Origin: Paracoccaceae bacterium
GTDB taxonomy: Bacteria; Pseudomonadota; Alphaproteobacteria; Rhodobacterales; Rhodobacteraceae
Length of the DNA stretch: 64,000 bases
Reading direction: 5' to 3'
Assembly: GCA_041628615.1 (NCBI GenBank)
Contig: JBFKOW010000001.1
Coordinates: forward strand, 21,963-85,962
A program made the position numbers and the translations under genes. Positions 16,052 to 25,902 of the stretch are shown here, piece by piece (the first letter of the stretch is position 1; each line of letters starts with the position of its first letter). Under the pieces are notes generated by a model, which saw only the letters and a program-made list of their open reading frames with translations, was not told the origin of the DNA and searched no databases.

Positions 16052-18850
16052 CTAGTGCGCCGCGGCCCAGGTCGGCCCGTGCCCGGCATCGACCACCAGC
16101 GGCACGTCGAAGCGCACCGCCGGGTCGGCGGCCCCTTCCATCACCTTCCGCGCCGCGGCGACGAGATCGTCCACCGCGTCCTCGGCCACCTCGAACAACA
16201 GTTCGTCGTGGACCTGCAGCAGCATCTTCGCGGGCAGGTCCGCGATCGCCGCCGGCATCCGCACCATCGCCCGGCGGATCACGTCCGCCGCGGTGCCCTG
16301 GATCGGGGCGTTGATCGCCGCCCGCCGCGCGAAGCCCGCGCCGGGACCCTTGGCGTTGATCTCGGGGGTGTGGATCTTGCGGCCGAACAGGGTCTGGACG
16401 TAGCCGTGTTCCTTCGCGAAGGCCACGGTGTCGTCCATGTAGGTGCGGATGCCGGGGAAGCGTTCGAAGTAGCGGTCGATGAAGCCCTGCGCCTCGTCCC
16501 GCGGGATCCGCAGGTTGCGGGCCAGCCCGAAACCGGAAATCCCGTAGATCACCCCGAAGTTGATCGCCTTGGCCTGCCGCCGCACGTCCGGGGTCATCTG
16601 GTCGAGCGGCACGCCGAACATCTCGGAGGCCGTCGCGGCGTGGATGTCCTGGCCGTCGCGGAACGCTTCCTTCAGTGCCGCGATGTCGGCGATATGGGCG
16701 AGGATGCGCAACTCGATCTGGGAATAGTCGAGCGATACCAGGGCGTTGCCCGCCTCGGCCACGAACGCCTCGCGGATCCGGCGGCCTTCCTCGGTGCGCA
16801 CCGGGATGTTCTGCAGGTTCGGGTCGGTCGAGGCGAGCCGGCCGGTATTGGCCCCGGTCTGGGCATAGGAGGTGTGGACCCGCCCGGTCTCGGGGTTGAT
16901 GTGGGTCTGCAGCGCGTCGGTGTAGGTCGACTTAAGCTTCGACAACTGCCGCCAGTCGAGCACGAGGCGCGGCAGTTCGTGTTCGGTGGCGAGGTCCTCG
17001 AGCACGTCCGCCGGGGTCGACCAGGCGCCGGTCTTTCCGCGCTTGCCGCCGGGCAGGCCGAGATCGTCGAACAGGATCTCGCCCAGCTGCTTGGGCGAGC
17101 CCACGTTGAACGGCCGGCCGGCGGCCCTCTGGATCTCGTCCTCCAGCGCCGCCATCTTCTGCGAGAACGCGTTCGACATCCGGCTGAGGGTGTCGCGGTC
17201 GACCCTGATGCCGTGCCGCTCCATCTGCGCCAGCACCGGCACCAGCGGCCGTTCCAGCGTCTCGTAGACGGTGGTGACGCGGTTGCGGTGCAGTTGCGGC
17301 CGGAAGGTCTGCCACAGGCGCAGGGTGATGTCGGCATCCTCGGCGGCGTAGGTCACCGCCGCGTCGATCGGCACCCGGTCGAAGGTCTTCTGCGCCTTGC
17401 CGGTGCCGATCAGCGACTTGATCTCGATCGGGTTGTGGCCGAGGTAGCGTTCGCTCAGCGCGTCCATGCCGTGGCCGTGCAGCCCGGAATGCAGCGCGTA
17501 GGACATCAGCATGGTGTCGTCGATCGGGGCCACGTCGATGCCGTAGCGGTCGAGCACCTTGGCGTCGTATTTCAGGTTCTGGCCGATCTTCAGGATCGCG
17601 TCGTCCTGCAGCACCGGGCGCAACAGGTCGAGGCAGTCCTCCAGCCCCATCTGCCCCTCGGCCAGCGCGTCCGAGCCGAACAGGTCGCCCTCCTCGGCGG
17701 CGCGGTGGGTCAGCGGGATGTAGCAGGCGTGGCCGGGATCGACGCAGAGCGACACCCCGACGAGATCGCAGGTCAGTTCGTCGAGCCCGGTGGTCTCGGT
17801 GTCCACCGCGACGTAGCCGCGGGCGCGGATCCGGTCGAGCCAGGGGGCGAGCTCGGCGACCGAGGACACCCGTTCATAGCGCGCCTCGGCGAAGGCGGGG
17901 GCCTCGGGCGCCGGCGCCTCGGCACCGGCGGCCTCGGGACGGGCCGCCTCGATGGCGGGCGGCGCGATGCCCAGCTTGTCGGCGATCCGCTTGGTGATGG
18001 TGCGGAACTCCATCTCGGCCAGGAAGCCCATCAGCCGGTCGGCGTCGGGTTCCCGGACCTCGAGATCGTCGAGCCCGAAATCGAGTTCCATGTCGCAGTC
18101 GAGCTGCACCAGCTTCTTGGACAGCTCGATCTGGTCGCGCTTGTCGATCAGGGTCTGGCGGCGCTTCGGCTGCGGGATCTCCTCCGCCCGGTCGAGCAGC
18201 GCCTCGAGCGAGCCGAATTCGTTGATGAGCAGCGCGGCGGTCTTGATCCCGATGCCGGGCGCGCCGGGGACGTTGTCGACGCTGTCGCCGGCCAGCGCCT
18301 GCACGTCGACCACCCGTTCCGGGCCGACGCCGAACTTCTCTTCCACGCCCTCGCGGTCGATGCGGCGGTTCTTCATCGGGTCGAGCATCTCGACCCCGTC
18401 GCCGACCAGCTGCATCAGGTCCTTGTCCGAGGACACGATGGTCACCTTGCCACCGGCCTCGCGGGCGCGGCAGGCCAAGGTGGCGATGATGTCGTCGGCC
18501 TCGAAGCCCTCGATCTCCTTGCAGGCGATGTTGAACGCCTCGGTGGCCCGGCGGGTCAGCGGGATCTGCGGCCGCAGGTCCTCGGGCATCTCGTCGCGGT
18601 TGGCCTTGTAGTCGGGGAAAAGGTCGTTGCGGAAGGTGTGGCTGCCCTTGTCGAAGATCACCGCGACATGGGTGACGTCGCCGCCCTCGTTGCCCTCGAC
18701 ATAGCGCTGCAGCATGTTGACGAAGCCCGACACCGCGCCGACCGGCAGGCCGTCGGACTTGCGGGTTAGCGGCGGCAGCGCGTGGTAGGCGCGGAAGATG
18801 AACGCCGAACCGTCGATCAGGTGCAGGTGGCAGCCCTTGCCGAACGCCAT
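16052..18850 (-). CDS. polA: DNA polymerase I
   Basis: 932 aa. It has a 5'-3' exonuclease N-terminus (LIDGSAFIFRAYHA), a 3'-5' exonuclease domain (VAVDTETTGLD) and polymerase motifs (DYSQIELRILAH, QVHDELLFE). Confidence 0.97.
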   Translation of the reverse strand: MAFGKGCHLHLIDGSAFIFRAYHALPPLTRKSDGLPVGAVSGFVNMLQRYVEGNEGGDVTHVAVIFDKGSHTFRNDLFPDYKANRDEMPEDLRPQIPLTRRATEAFNIACKEIEGFEADDIIATLACRAREAGGKVTIVSSDKDLMQLVGDGVEMLDPMKNRRIDREGVEEKFGVGPERVVDVQALAGDSVDNVPGAPGIGIKTAALLINEFGSLEALLDRAEEIPQPKRRQTLIDKRDQIELSKKLVQLDCDMELDFGLDDLEVREPDADRLMGFLAEMEFRTITKRIADKLGIAPPAIEAARPEAAGAEAPAPEAPAFAEARYERVSSVAELAPWLDRIRARGYVAVDTETTGLDELTCDLVGVSLCVDPGHACYIPLTHRAAEEGDLFGSDALAEGQMGLEDCLDLLRPVLQDDAILKIGQNLKYDAKVLDRYGIDVAPIDDTMLMSYALHSGLHGHGMDALSERYLGHNPIEIKSLIGTGKAQKTFDRVPIDAAVTYAAEDADITLRLWQTFRPQLHRNRVTTVYETLERPLVPVLAQMERHGIRVDRDTLSRMSNAFSQKMAALEDEIQRAAGRPFNVGSPKQLGEILFDDLGLPGGKRGKTGAWSTPADVLEDLATEHELPRLVLDWRQLSKLKSTYTDALQTHINPETGRVHTSYAQTGANTGRLASTDPNLQNIPVRTEEGRRIREAFVAEAGNALVSLDYSQIELRILAHIADIAALKEAFRDGQDIHAATASEMFGVPLDQMTPDVRRQAKAINFGVIYGISGFGLARNLRIPRDEAQGFIDRYFERFPGIRTYMDDTVAFAKEHGYVQTLFGRKIHTPEINAKGPGAGFARRAAINAPIQGTAADVIRRAMVRMPAAIADLPAKMLLQVHDELLFEVAEDAVDDLVAAARKVMEGAADPAVRFDVPLVVDAGHGPTWAAAH

Positions 18851-18910
18851 GCGGTCCTCCCTCTGGGTTTGCCACAGGGATGGGCCAGCGGGGGGCCGGA
18901 GTCCAGCCGG

Positions 18911-19384
18911 TCAGCCGCCGAAAAGGCCGCCGCCGAAGATCTCGCCCATGTTCTCGACGATGGTGACGAGCAGGATCACGCCCGCCACCAGCAGCGCGAT
19001 CCACCAGACGAAGTGGAACACGATGGCGGCGGCGCCGAGCGACACGCCGCAGGCCGGCAGCCGCCAGTTCTCGCGCCGCAGCGCCGAGCCGAGCGACAGC
19101 AGGATGGCGAGCAGCCCCAGGCCCGGCGCGGCCAGCGCGGCGACGTGCGACAGCGGCGCGGTGTCCTGCGCGGGCACGGCGGCGGCGGGCAGGCCGAAGA
19201 ACGACCGCCAGGCCGAGCGGCGGATCTCGCCCGCGATCTCGCCGATCTGGGCGCCGATCGACGGCTGCGGCTGGCTTGCCGGGGCGAAGATCTGCCAGAA
19301 CACGAGCCCGAGCGCCAAGCCGCCGGCGAGCACGGCCCAGAGCCCCCAGGTTCGAACCAGTCGCGGTGCGGTCAGGTCTGTCAT
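18911..19384 (-). CDS. Hypothetical membrane protein
   Basis: Start MTDLTAPRL at 19384, preceded by GGAGGA. It has several hydrophobic helices and no recognisable family. Confidence 0.45.
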   Translation of the reverse strand: MTDLTAPRLVRTWGLWAVLAGGLALGLVFWQIFAPASQPQPSIGAQIGEIAGEIRRSAWRSFFGLPAAAVPAQDTAPLSHVAALAAPGLGLLAILLSLGSALRRENWRLPACGVSLGAAAIVFHFVWWIALLVAGVILLVTIVENMGEIFGGGLFGG

Positions 19385-19515
19385 GCGGTTCCTCCGGTCG
19401 CGGGTCGGCGGCACCCGAGCATGCAAATCCGGCGACAATGAGGAGGCCGCCCCGGCGCGCGGCGGGACCGGTCCGAATCTGCTAGACTGGGCCCGGACCA
19501 GTCAGGGGGGCGTCC

Positions 19516-19875
19516 ATGTCAGACTTTCTCATCCACATTCACACCGGGCCGGAGAACCCGACCAAGGCGGCGCTGGGCCTGCTGGTGGCGCTGACCGCGG
19601 CGAAGGAGGGCCACGCGGTCCGTCTGTTTCTTGCCGGCGACGCGGTGCACCTGCTGGCCCCGGCCCATGCCGACGTGACCGGCGAGGGCACCGGCCGGGT
19701 CGGCGACCACCTAGAGGGGCTGAAGGCGCGCAACGTGCCCTTCGTGCTGTCGGGGATGTCGGCCAAGGCCCGGGGCTACGACGACGGCCTGCTGGCGGGC
19801 TACCACGCGAAGTTCGGGATGCCCGACGTGCTTGTCGGGCTGGCCCACGAGGCGGGGACGGTGCTGTGCTATTGA
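19516..19875 (+). CDS. DsrE/DsrF-like family protein
   Basis: 119 aa. The size and the pattern IHIHTGPENPTKAALGLLVALTAAKEGHAVRLFLAGDAV...FVLSGMSAKARG fit DsrE-like sulfur-relay folds. Motif-level call only. Confidence 0.6.
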   Translation: MSDFLIHIHTGPENPTKAALGLLVALTAAKEGHAVRLFLAGDAVHLLAPAHADVTGEGTGRVGDHLEGLKARNVPFVLSGMSAKARGYDDGLLAGYHAKFGMPDVLVGLAHEAGTVLCY

Positions 19876-19891
19876 CCGGGAGGTCCGGCCG

Positions 19892-20317
19892 GTGCGCTGG
19901 CTAAAGCGGGCCGCGCTGGTCCTCGCGGTCGCGGCGGCGGCCTATCTCGGCTGGAGTTCGGCGGCCGGACCGATGCAGGCCAAGCGGCAGGTCCATGCCT
20001 TCGCGGCGGCGCTGGCGGACTGCGCGCCGCTGGAACAGGCGGTCACCTACCGGCTGCGCGGCGGCGTGTTGCGCCGGGCGGTGCTCGGGGCGTCGGGGGG
20101 CGCCTGCGGGTTCGAGCTTCAGGCCCTCGCCCCGACGCCGCAATTCGTCGTCTGCGCGGTGCCTCTGGAGCGGATGCCGGCGCTGGCCGAGAGTTTCGGC
20201 CGGCAGGCCGACGCCATCGGCCATTTCGGCGGTCTGCGGGTGCAGATCGACATCGGCGCGGAGGATCCGCTGCAAGTGGCGCTGAACGGGCCGGAGTGCC
20301 GGACCGAAAGCCGCTAG
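19892..20317 (+). CDS. Hypothetical exported/membrane-anchored protein
   Basis: GTG at 19892, 8 nt after GGGAGG. N-terminal anchor VRWLKRAALVLAVAAAAYLGW. Confidence 0.4.
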   Translation: MRWLKRAALVLAVAAAAYLGWSSAAGPMQAKRQVHAFAAALADCAPLEQAVTYRLRGGVLRRAVLGASGGACGFELQALAPTPQFVVCAVPLERMPALAESFGRQADAIGHFGGLRVQIDIGAEDPLQVALNGPECRTESR

Positions 20318-20904
20318 GCGCGGCGCATTGCGCGCCCGGCGAAGGCCACGCCGGCCAGCCGCTTCTCGAAGCGCCAGACCGACAGCGTGAACGGGCCCTC
20401 GGCGGTTTCGACCGCCAGCGGCCGCACCCCGGCGTCGACCCATCCGGCCCGGGCATAGAACCGGGCCGCGCGGGTGTTGCCGACGGTGCAGGCCAGCCAG
20501 GCGTCACGGACCCCGGCGGCGGCCATCCGCGCCTCCGCCGCCGCCATCAGCCGGGCGGCGAAGCCGCTGCCGATCCGGTCCGGCGCGACGTAGAACTGGT
20601 CGAGTTCGTCGCCGTTGATCCGCAGGAACCCGGTCGGCGCCCCGACCGGCCCGGTGACGAGGATCTGGGCCCGGTGCCGCCGGATCCGGCGCAGGAAGTC
20701 GTCGGGGGAGCGCAGCGCCTCGAGCGCGGCCGGCACGATCCCGGCATGGCCGAGGCGCCAGCCGGCGGTCCAGAGATCGGCGATCGCCGCGGCCTCGCCG
20801 TCGGCGGGACGCCGCAGGGCGGGCAGGTCGGTCCGCTCAGGCAGCGCCCTTGCCTTCGGCCGCCTCGCGGTGGACGAACCTCGCGTCGCAGTAGGGGCAT
20901 TCAA
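20314..20904 (-). CDS. GNAT-family N-acetyltransferase (start uncertain)
   Basis: [18 protein letters not shown] and ARFYARAGW are GNAT motif A/B-like. The only canonical start (ATG 20904) overlaps the upstream gene by 68 nt. Confidence 0.65.
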   Translation of the reverse strand: MNAPTATRGSSTARRPKARALPERTDLPALRRPADGEAAAIADLWTAGWRLGHAGIVPAALEALRSPDDFLRRIRRHRAQILVTGPVGAPTGFLRINGDELDQFYVAPDRIGSGFAARLMAAAEARMAAAGVRDAWLACTVGNTRAARFYARAGWVDAGVRPLAVETAEGPFTLSVWRFEKRLAGVAFAGRAMRRA

Positions 20905-21025
20905 CCGCGCCGGTGGCGGGGTCTAGCGACAGCCAGACCCGGGGATGGCCGAGCGCGCCCTCCCCCCCGTCGCAGGCGATGCGCCAGGCGTCGACGATGC
21001 GGGTCTCGGGCGGGGGGATCGGCAT
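20837..21025 (-). CDS. Small zinc-finger (zf-CHCC-like) protein
   Basis: 62 aa. [19 protein letters not shown]...[10 protein letters not shown] is the pattern of the conserved alphaproteobacterial zinc-finger domain protein related to NDUFS6. Confidence 0.7.
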   Translation of the reverse strand: MPIPPPETRIVDAWRIACDGGEGALGHPRVWLSLDPATGAVECPYCDARFVHREAAEGKGAA

Positions 21026-21117
21026 GGTGCGGCCCTCTTTCGGTTCTGGTCCTTCCGCTTCGCAAAACCGCCCGCCGCCGTCAAGCGAACCGGCGCCGCG
21101 GCGGCGTCCGTCGCGCG

Positions 21118-21483
21118 TCAGTCGCGCGGCAGCATCCGGCCCAGCGGCCGCCCGCCGATGATGTGCACATGCAGGTGCGGCACCTCCTGCACCCCGTCGC
21201 CGCGGGCGTTCGAGATCGCGCGGAACCCGTCCTCGACCCCGGTCATCCGGCAGACCTCGCCGATGGCGCGCATGAAGCCCTCGATCTCCTCGGCGCCGGC
21301 CTGCTGGCAGAAATGGTCGAGCGAGGTGTAGGGCCCTTTCGGGATCACCAGCACGTGGACCGGGGCCTGCGGGGCGATGTCCTCGAAAGCGAGCGCGTGG
21401 TCGTTCTCGTAGACCGTCCGGTTCGGGATCTCGCCGCGCAGGATCCGGGCAAAGATGTTCTGGTCGTCGTAGGCGAAGTCCAT
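21118..21483 (-). CDS. HIT-family (histidine triad) protein
   Basis: This is the distal 121 aa of ORF 21118..23079. [22 protein letters not shown], and the HLHVHIIGG histidine triad. Confidence 0.9.
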   Translation of the reverse strand: MDFAYDDQNIFARILRGEIPNRTVYENDHALAFEDIAPQAPVHVLVIPKGPYTSLDHFCQQAGAEEIEGFMRAIGEVCRMTGVEDGFRAISNARGDGVQEVPHLHVHIIGGRPLGRMLPRD

Positions 21484-21527
21484 GCCGAAGGCTCCTCTGT
21501 CGGGTCGGGGCGTTCGTAGCGTCTCGA

Positions 21528-23105
21528 TCAGTCGGCGAAAAGGTAGGGCGTGTCGGCGATCGAGCGCGCCACCTCCGGCGGCACCGTCAGGAACTGGCCC
21601 AGGGCCGGAGCGTTCTCGTCTACCCCGGCGCCCTGCCGGATCCGGCCGTAATTGGCGAGGTTGGCGTCGCGGATGCGGTCGCTTTCGTAGATCACGTCGA
21701 AGCGGATGGTCGGCAGCAGCTGCTGCAGGGTCTCTTCCGAGGTCTGCTCCCCGGCCAGCCCGATCCGCTTGGCATGGCCGATCAGGTAGTCGTCGGTGAA
21801 GTCGCACTCCACCTCCAGCAACCGCGAGGTGGCGCGGTCGGCGTAGAAATCCTGGATCAGGTCCATCGAGGCGGTGTCGAGGCAGATGATGAGCCGGTCG
21901 GTCTCGTAATAGTCGTAGAGCATCCGCATCAGCGCCCGGCGGTGGCGCTGCCGCTTTTCCAGCGTGGTCTGGATGCCGCCGAGATCGGGCAGGTCGGTGG
22001 CTTCCTCGTTGAACAGGTAGTCGATCGCCGGGATGTTGGTGTGGTGCTTGATCGAGCCCACCAGCCGCTTGGCGACGTGCCATTTCTTGCAGGCCACGAT
22101 CATCAGTTCCCGTTCCCGACCGAGGCTGGCCTCGGTCTCCCAGAACCGCGAGGCGAAGCGCCGCCCGATCCGGCCCCGCCCGGTGAGGAACCTGTAGAGC
22201 CGCACGCCTTCGTTGGAGATCAGGAAATCGTTGCGGTCCGAGGCATAGAGCACCCCCAGCCGGCGCTTCAGCTCGGTCGCCTCGGGGCTGATCTTGCGGG
22301 CGAACAGGTAGTCCTGGCTCAGCAGCAGGTCGTAATGGTCGTTGTAGAAGGTCACCGGCATCCCGTAGTCCGAGAACATCAGGAAGGTCAGGGTCCGGTT
22401 GCGGATCTCGGCATCGGGGACGAGGTGCCGGACGAGGGTCTGGAAGAACGTCTCGTCCGGGATCCAGGTGGTGGCGAAGAAGCGCGTCACGTCCCGCCGT
22501 TCGCGGCAGAATTCGAGGATCCATTCGATGGTGCGCCGCCGCAGGCACCACCATTGCGAGCCGATCATCACCTGGATGTCGGACGGCACCTGCCGGGTCA
22601 GGCCCAGCTTCCGTTGCAGGTTGAAGGCGGTGTAGAAGCGCCATTTCTGGGTCCGCTCGTTGAAGAAGTGGCGGTAGATCAGCCGCTCCTCCTTCATCCC
22701 GGTCTTGATCCAGTCGCTTTCGAAGAAATCGAAGCTCTCGATGTAGTCGGCGTCCTCGGCCTCGAGGAAGTCGTGGGCGTACCGGGCCGACTTGATCGCC
22801 ATGCAGTCGCCCGAGAGCATGTAGAAATGGGTGGCGCGGGGGAAGGCGTCCACCGCCGCCTCGATGGCGTAGAGGCTGGCCTGCACGAGGCTCCACTCGC
22901 CCCAGCCGCAGCGGACCCGCCGCCGGGCGAAGGTGACGTTGGGATTGTCGGCAAGCGCGGCGCGGATCCGGTCGTAGGCCGACCGGGGCGCGCGGGCGTC
23001 GAAGTGGATCGCCATGTAGTCGCCCACGGCGGTCAGCTGCTCGGCCTGCTGGATGATCGCATCCGGATCCTTGTGACACAGCAAGATGAACGCGATTTTC
23101 GCCAT
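21528..23105 (-). CDS. GT14 (core-2/I-branching, 'Branch') type glycosyltransferase-like N-domain fused to an uncharacterised ~250-aa C-terminal domain
   Basis: 525 aa. [46 protein letters not shown] and DETFFQTLV resemble the GT14 family. I recall the C-terminal half being catalogued as a DUF (DUF5928), but this is unverified. Confidence 0.7.
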   Translation of the reverse strand: MAKIAFILLCHKDPDAIIQQAEQLTAVGDYMAIHFDARAPRSAYDRIRAALADNPNVTFARRRVRCGWGEWSLVQASLYAIEAAVDAFPRATHFYMLSGDCMAIKSARYAHDFLEAEDADYIESFDFFESDWIKTGMKEERLIYRHFFNERTQKWRFYTAFNLQRKLGLTRQVPSDIQVMIGSQWWCLRRRTIEWILEFCRERRDVTRFFATTWIPDETFFQTLVRHLVPDAEIRNRTLTFLMFSDYGMPVTFYNDHYDLLLSQDYLFARKISPEATELKRRLGVLYASDRNDFLISNEGVRLYRFLTGRGRIGRRFASRFWETEASLGRERELMIVACKKWHVAKRLVGSIKHHTNIPAIDYLFNEEATDLPDLGGIQTTLEKRQRHRRALMRMLYDYYETDRLIICLDTASMDLIQDFYADRATSRLLEVECDFTDDYLIGHAKRIGLAGEQTSEETLQQLLPTIRFDVIYESDRIRDANLANYGRIRQGAGVDENAPALGQFLTVPPEVARSIADTPYLFAD

Positions 23106-23244
23106 TGCGGAAGCGACCTGCTCGACCCTTGGGGCACCGTTTACGCTTGATAGCTTAATCCGGTGTTGAATAAGAAGGCTTGATTGCCGATCCTGCGGCC
23201 TAACGAGACGCCGACAAGGCCGCGCGACGCATCGAGGAGAGCAG

Positions 23245-24060
23245 ATGGGGTTCCCCGGGACCTGGATGACCGAGTCCGAGAGCGTGGTCTACCGCGTGGT
23301 GCCGAAATGCGCCTGCTCGTCGATCGGCCAGATCATGTTCTACTCCGACCACGGCCGGTTCTTCGACGGCGACATCCACGACGCGACCGAGGGCCTGCAC
23401 AAGTGGGCGCTGGAGGACAGCCAGCCGAAGATCACCGCCAACGTGCGCAGCCACGGCTCGTATGCCTTCACCTGCGTGCGCAATCCCTACACCCGGATCC
23501 TGTCGTCCTTCTTCGACAAGATCTGCGGCATCCAGCGCAACGGCAAGCGCTACCGCGGCAACCTCGTGCCGCTGCTGGTCCAGAAATACGGGATCGAGGT
23601 GGGCGAGCCGCCGGATTTCGAGTTCGACCAGATCCGCAGCTTCCGCCGCTTCCTGCTGTTCGCCCGCGACACCGTCCGCTGGCGGCGGCCGATGGAGCCG
23701 GACATCCACTGGTCGGCGATGTCGGGCCACATCTCGACCTTCATCGTCAACGGCGGCACCTACGACAACATCTTCTGGACCGAGAAGTTCGACGAGGGGA
23801 TGCAGTCGGTGCTCGACGCCATCGAGACCCCGGTGAAGGTCGATCTGGCGCAGGTACCCCGGTTCAACGAGAGCGAGGGCCACGGCCCGAAGCGCGCCCA
23901 CCCGGTGGAGGACTACTTCGACGATCTCGCGATGCACCTCGTCTACGAGATCTACAAGAAGGACTTCCAGCTGTTCCGCTACGACTTCGAGAACCCGGCC
24001 AACAAGATGCCCACGGGCGAGATCGACCTCGCCGAGGTCCACGCCAAGCTGGGCGACTGA
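23245..24060 (+). CDS. Sulfotransferase family 2-like protein
   Basis: 271 aa. VVPKCACSSIGQIM is a 5'-PSB-like motif (PKxxxSS), followed by FTCVRNPYTRILSSF, typical of Sulfotransfer_2. AGGAG lies upstream of the ATG. Confidence 0.7.
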   Translation: MGFPGTWMTESESVVYRVVPKCACSSIGQIMFYSDHGRFFDGDIHDATEGLHKWALEDSQPKITANVRSHGSYAFTCVRNPYTRILSSFFDKICGIQRNGKRYRGNLVPLLVQKYGIEVGEPPDFEFDQIRSFRRFLLFARDTVRWRRPMEPDIHWSAMSGHISTFIVNGGTYDNIFWTEKFDEGMQSVLDAIETPVKVDLAQVPRFNESEGHGPKRAHPVEDYFDDLAMHLVYEIYKKDFQLFRYDFENPANKMPTGEIDLAEVHAKLGD

Positions 24061-24152
24061 CCCCGCCGCCGACCGGGCCGCCGCAGAAACCGACTGGCCG
24101 AACCGGGTTCGCCCGCTACGTCCCTGCCGGTAGCAACCGACGGGGACGCGGG

Positions 24153-24896
24153 ATGATCGTGCTGATCCTGGGCAGCGGGCCGGCCGTGACCGACTGCGCC
24201 GCATGGCCGCGCCGGCCCTTCGACCGCATCGTGGCGATCAACAACGCCCACGCGGTGCGTCCCGACTGGGACATCTGCATCCATCCCGAGGACTTTCCCG
24301 AGGACCGCCGCCCCCGCCCCGGCCCGCGGCAGGGCCTGATCGGGGCGGACGCCTATGTGCCGGTCCAGAACGCCTATGGCGGCTTCGTCTATGCCGGCGG
24401 CACGATGGCCTTCACCGCCGGCTACTGGGCGCTGGGCACCCTGCGGCCCCGGGCGATCGCCTTTCTCGGCTGCGACATGACCTACCCCGCCGCCGGGCCG
24501 ACCCATTTCTACGGCACCGGCGCGGCGGATCCGCTGCGCCCCGACGTGACGCTGCGCTCGCTCGAAGCCAAGTCCGCGCGGTTCATGATCCATGCCGCCG
24601 AGGCCGACTGCGCGGTGGTGAACCTGTCGCGGGCGCCGTCCAGCCGGCTGGTGTTTCCGCGCGCGCGTCCGGCGCAGCTTCCGGGCATCGCGCCGCAGCC
24701 CTACAACGCCAACTACGTCTGCACCGCCCGGGACGAGGAGGCGCGGCTGGGCTACCGGGTGCCGAGCGGGCGCTACTGGGAGGAGGCGGACCGCTTCGAT
24801 CCCGCCGAGATCGACGCGCTGGACGCGCTGTGGCTGGCCGCGGCGACCGACCCGTCCGGCCGGGCCGCGACGCCGGCGGCAAGCGGCGCGGCCTGA
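24153..24896 (+). CDS. Hypothetical protein with a DUF115/MptE-like (GT42-like) layout
   Basis: This is the distal 247 aa of ORF 23184..24896. MIVLILGSGPAV...FDRIVAINNA...GGTMAFTAGYWALG...AFLGCDM mirrors the order of conserved blocks in DUF115/Maf and Cst-type sialyltransferases. The similarity is weak. Confidence 0.45.
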   Translation: MIVLILGSGPAVTDCAAWPRRPFDRIVAINNAHAVRPDWDICIHPEDFPEDRRPRPGPRQGLIGADAYVPVQNAYGGFVYAGGTMAFTAGYWALGTLRPRAIAFLGCDMTYPAAGPTHFYGTGAADPLRPDVTLRSLEAKSARFMIHAAEADCAVVNLSRAPSSRLVFPRARPAQLPGIAPQPYNANYVCTARDEEARLGYRVPSGRYWEEADRFDPAEIDALDALWLAAATDPSGRAATPAASGAA

Positions 24897-24906
24897 CCGG
24901 TTCCGG

Positions 24907-25902
24907 TCAGACCAGCCCGGCGCGGGCGAACACCGCCTTCAGGTCGGCCTCGGGCCGCGGGCCGATGTGCTGGATCACCGAACCGGCAGCGGCGTTGCCC
25001 AGCCGGCCGCAGATGTCGAGCGGATGCCCTCCGGTCAGCCCCCAGAGGAAGGCGCCCGCGAAGGCGTCTCCGGCGCCGGTCGCGTCGACGATCCGGATCG
25101 GCGCCACCGGCAGGTGCCAGCGCTCGCCGCCCGACAGGACGTGGGCGCCGTTCTCGCTGTCGGTGCAGGCGAGGATCTCGACCTCGGCGGCGCATTGCGC
25201 CAGTGCCGCCTCGAAATCGGCGGTGCGGTACATCGACAGCAGTTCCGCCCGGTTGCAGAACAGCAGGTCGACGCCGTCGACGATCATCTGCCGGAAGGCG
25301 TCGCGGTGGCGTTCGATGCAGAACGGGTCGGACAGGGTGAGCGACACCCGGCCGCCCGCGCCCTTGGTGGCGGCGATCGCCTTGGCGAAGGCGGCGTGGC
25401 TCTCGGGCCCGTCGAAGCGGTAGCCTTCGAGGTAGATCCATTCCGCCTCGGCCATCTGCGCCTCGTCGATGTCCGACGGGCCGAGGTGCTCGGTCACGCC
25501 GAGATAGGTGTTCATCGACCGTTCGCCGTCGGGCGTCACCAGCACGATGCAGCGGCCGGTCTCGTCGGCGGCGTCCTTCGGCGCCAGCGGCGTCTCGTAG
25601 GTGGCGCCGAGCGCGCGCAGGTCGTGGGCGAAGATCGCGCCGAGCTGGTCGTCCTTGACCTTGCCGACATAGGCGGTGCGCCCGCCGAGCCCGGCGATCG
25701 CCGCGATGGTGTTGGCGGCCGACCCGCCGGAGACCTCGCGCGCCGGGCCGATCTTGCCGTAGAGGTCCACCGCCCGGTCCATGTCGATGAGCTGCATGAT
25801 CCCCTTCTCGATCCCCGCCCCGGCGAGGAAGGCGTCGTCGCAGCGCGACAGGATGTCGACCATGGCGTTGCCGATCCCGACAACCTGGAAGCGTTTCGTC
25901 AC
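24907..25902 (-). CDS. PfkB-family carbohydrate kinase, adenosine kinase-like
   Basis: The GTG start at 25902 overlaps the nth stop (GTGA). VVGIGNAMVDIL, GGSAANT and DATGAGDAFAGAFL are PfkB signatures. Confidence 0.8.
   Translation of the reverse strand: MTKRFQVVGIGNAMVDILSRCDDAFLAGAGIEKGIMQLIDMDRAVDLYGKIGPAREVSGGSAANTIAAIAGLGGRTAYVGKVKDDQLGAIFAHDLRALGATYETPLAPKDAADETGRCIVLVTPDGERSMNTYLGVTEHLGPSDIDEAQMAEAEWIYLEGYRFDGPESHAAFAKAIAATKGAGGRVSLTLSDPFCIERHRDAFRQMIVDGVDLLFCNRAELLSMYRTADFEAALAQCAAEVEILACTDSENGAHVLSGGERWHLPVAPIRIVDATGAGDAFAGAFLWGLTGGHPLDICGRLGNAAAGSVIQHIGPRPEADLKAVFARAGLV

Noticed and set aside
16055-18769. 904-aa ORF on the plus strand, fully antisense to polA. The same applies to similar long antisense/off-frame ORFs such as 59..2554, 471..2192, 6711..8837, 7033..8448, 28297..30681, 30738..32306, 37876..39180, 54725..56212 and 60583..62106.
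   Set aside because: Their translations are dominated by Arg/Gly/Pro/Ala/His runs with no motifs. They lie opposite or out of frame to genes with unmistakable homolog-like sequences. This is the classic long-ORF artefact of very GC-rich DNA.
21118-23079. A 653-aa ORF that would fuse the HIT protein to a long N-terminal extension. The analogous cases are 23184..24896, 24907..26601, 25899..27593, 34798..37689, 12053..12925 and 7077..9344.
   Set aside because: Only the distal segment has protein-like composition and recognisable motifs, and it starts at an internal ATG or GTG with an RBS. The upstream part overlaps a different, well-supported gene in another frame or on the other strand.
23155-23169. 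TTAATCCGGTGTTGA as a second CtrA box in the glycan-cluster spacer.
   Set aside because: The second half-site is TTGA, not TTAA. A single-mismatch site cannot be distinguished from chance without a genome-wide background, so it is kept only as a remark inside the cluster finding.
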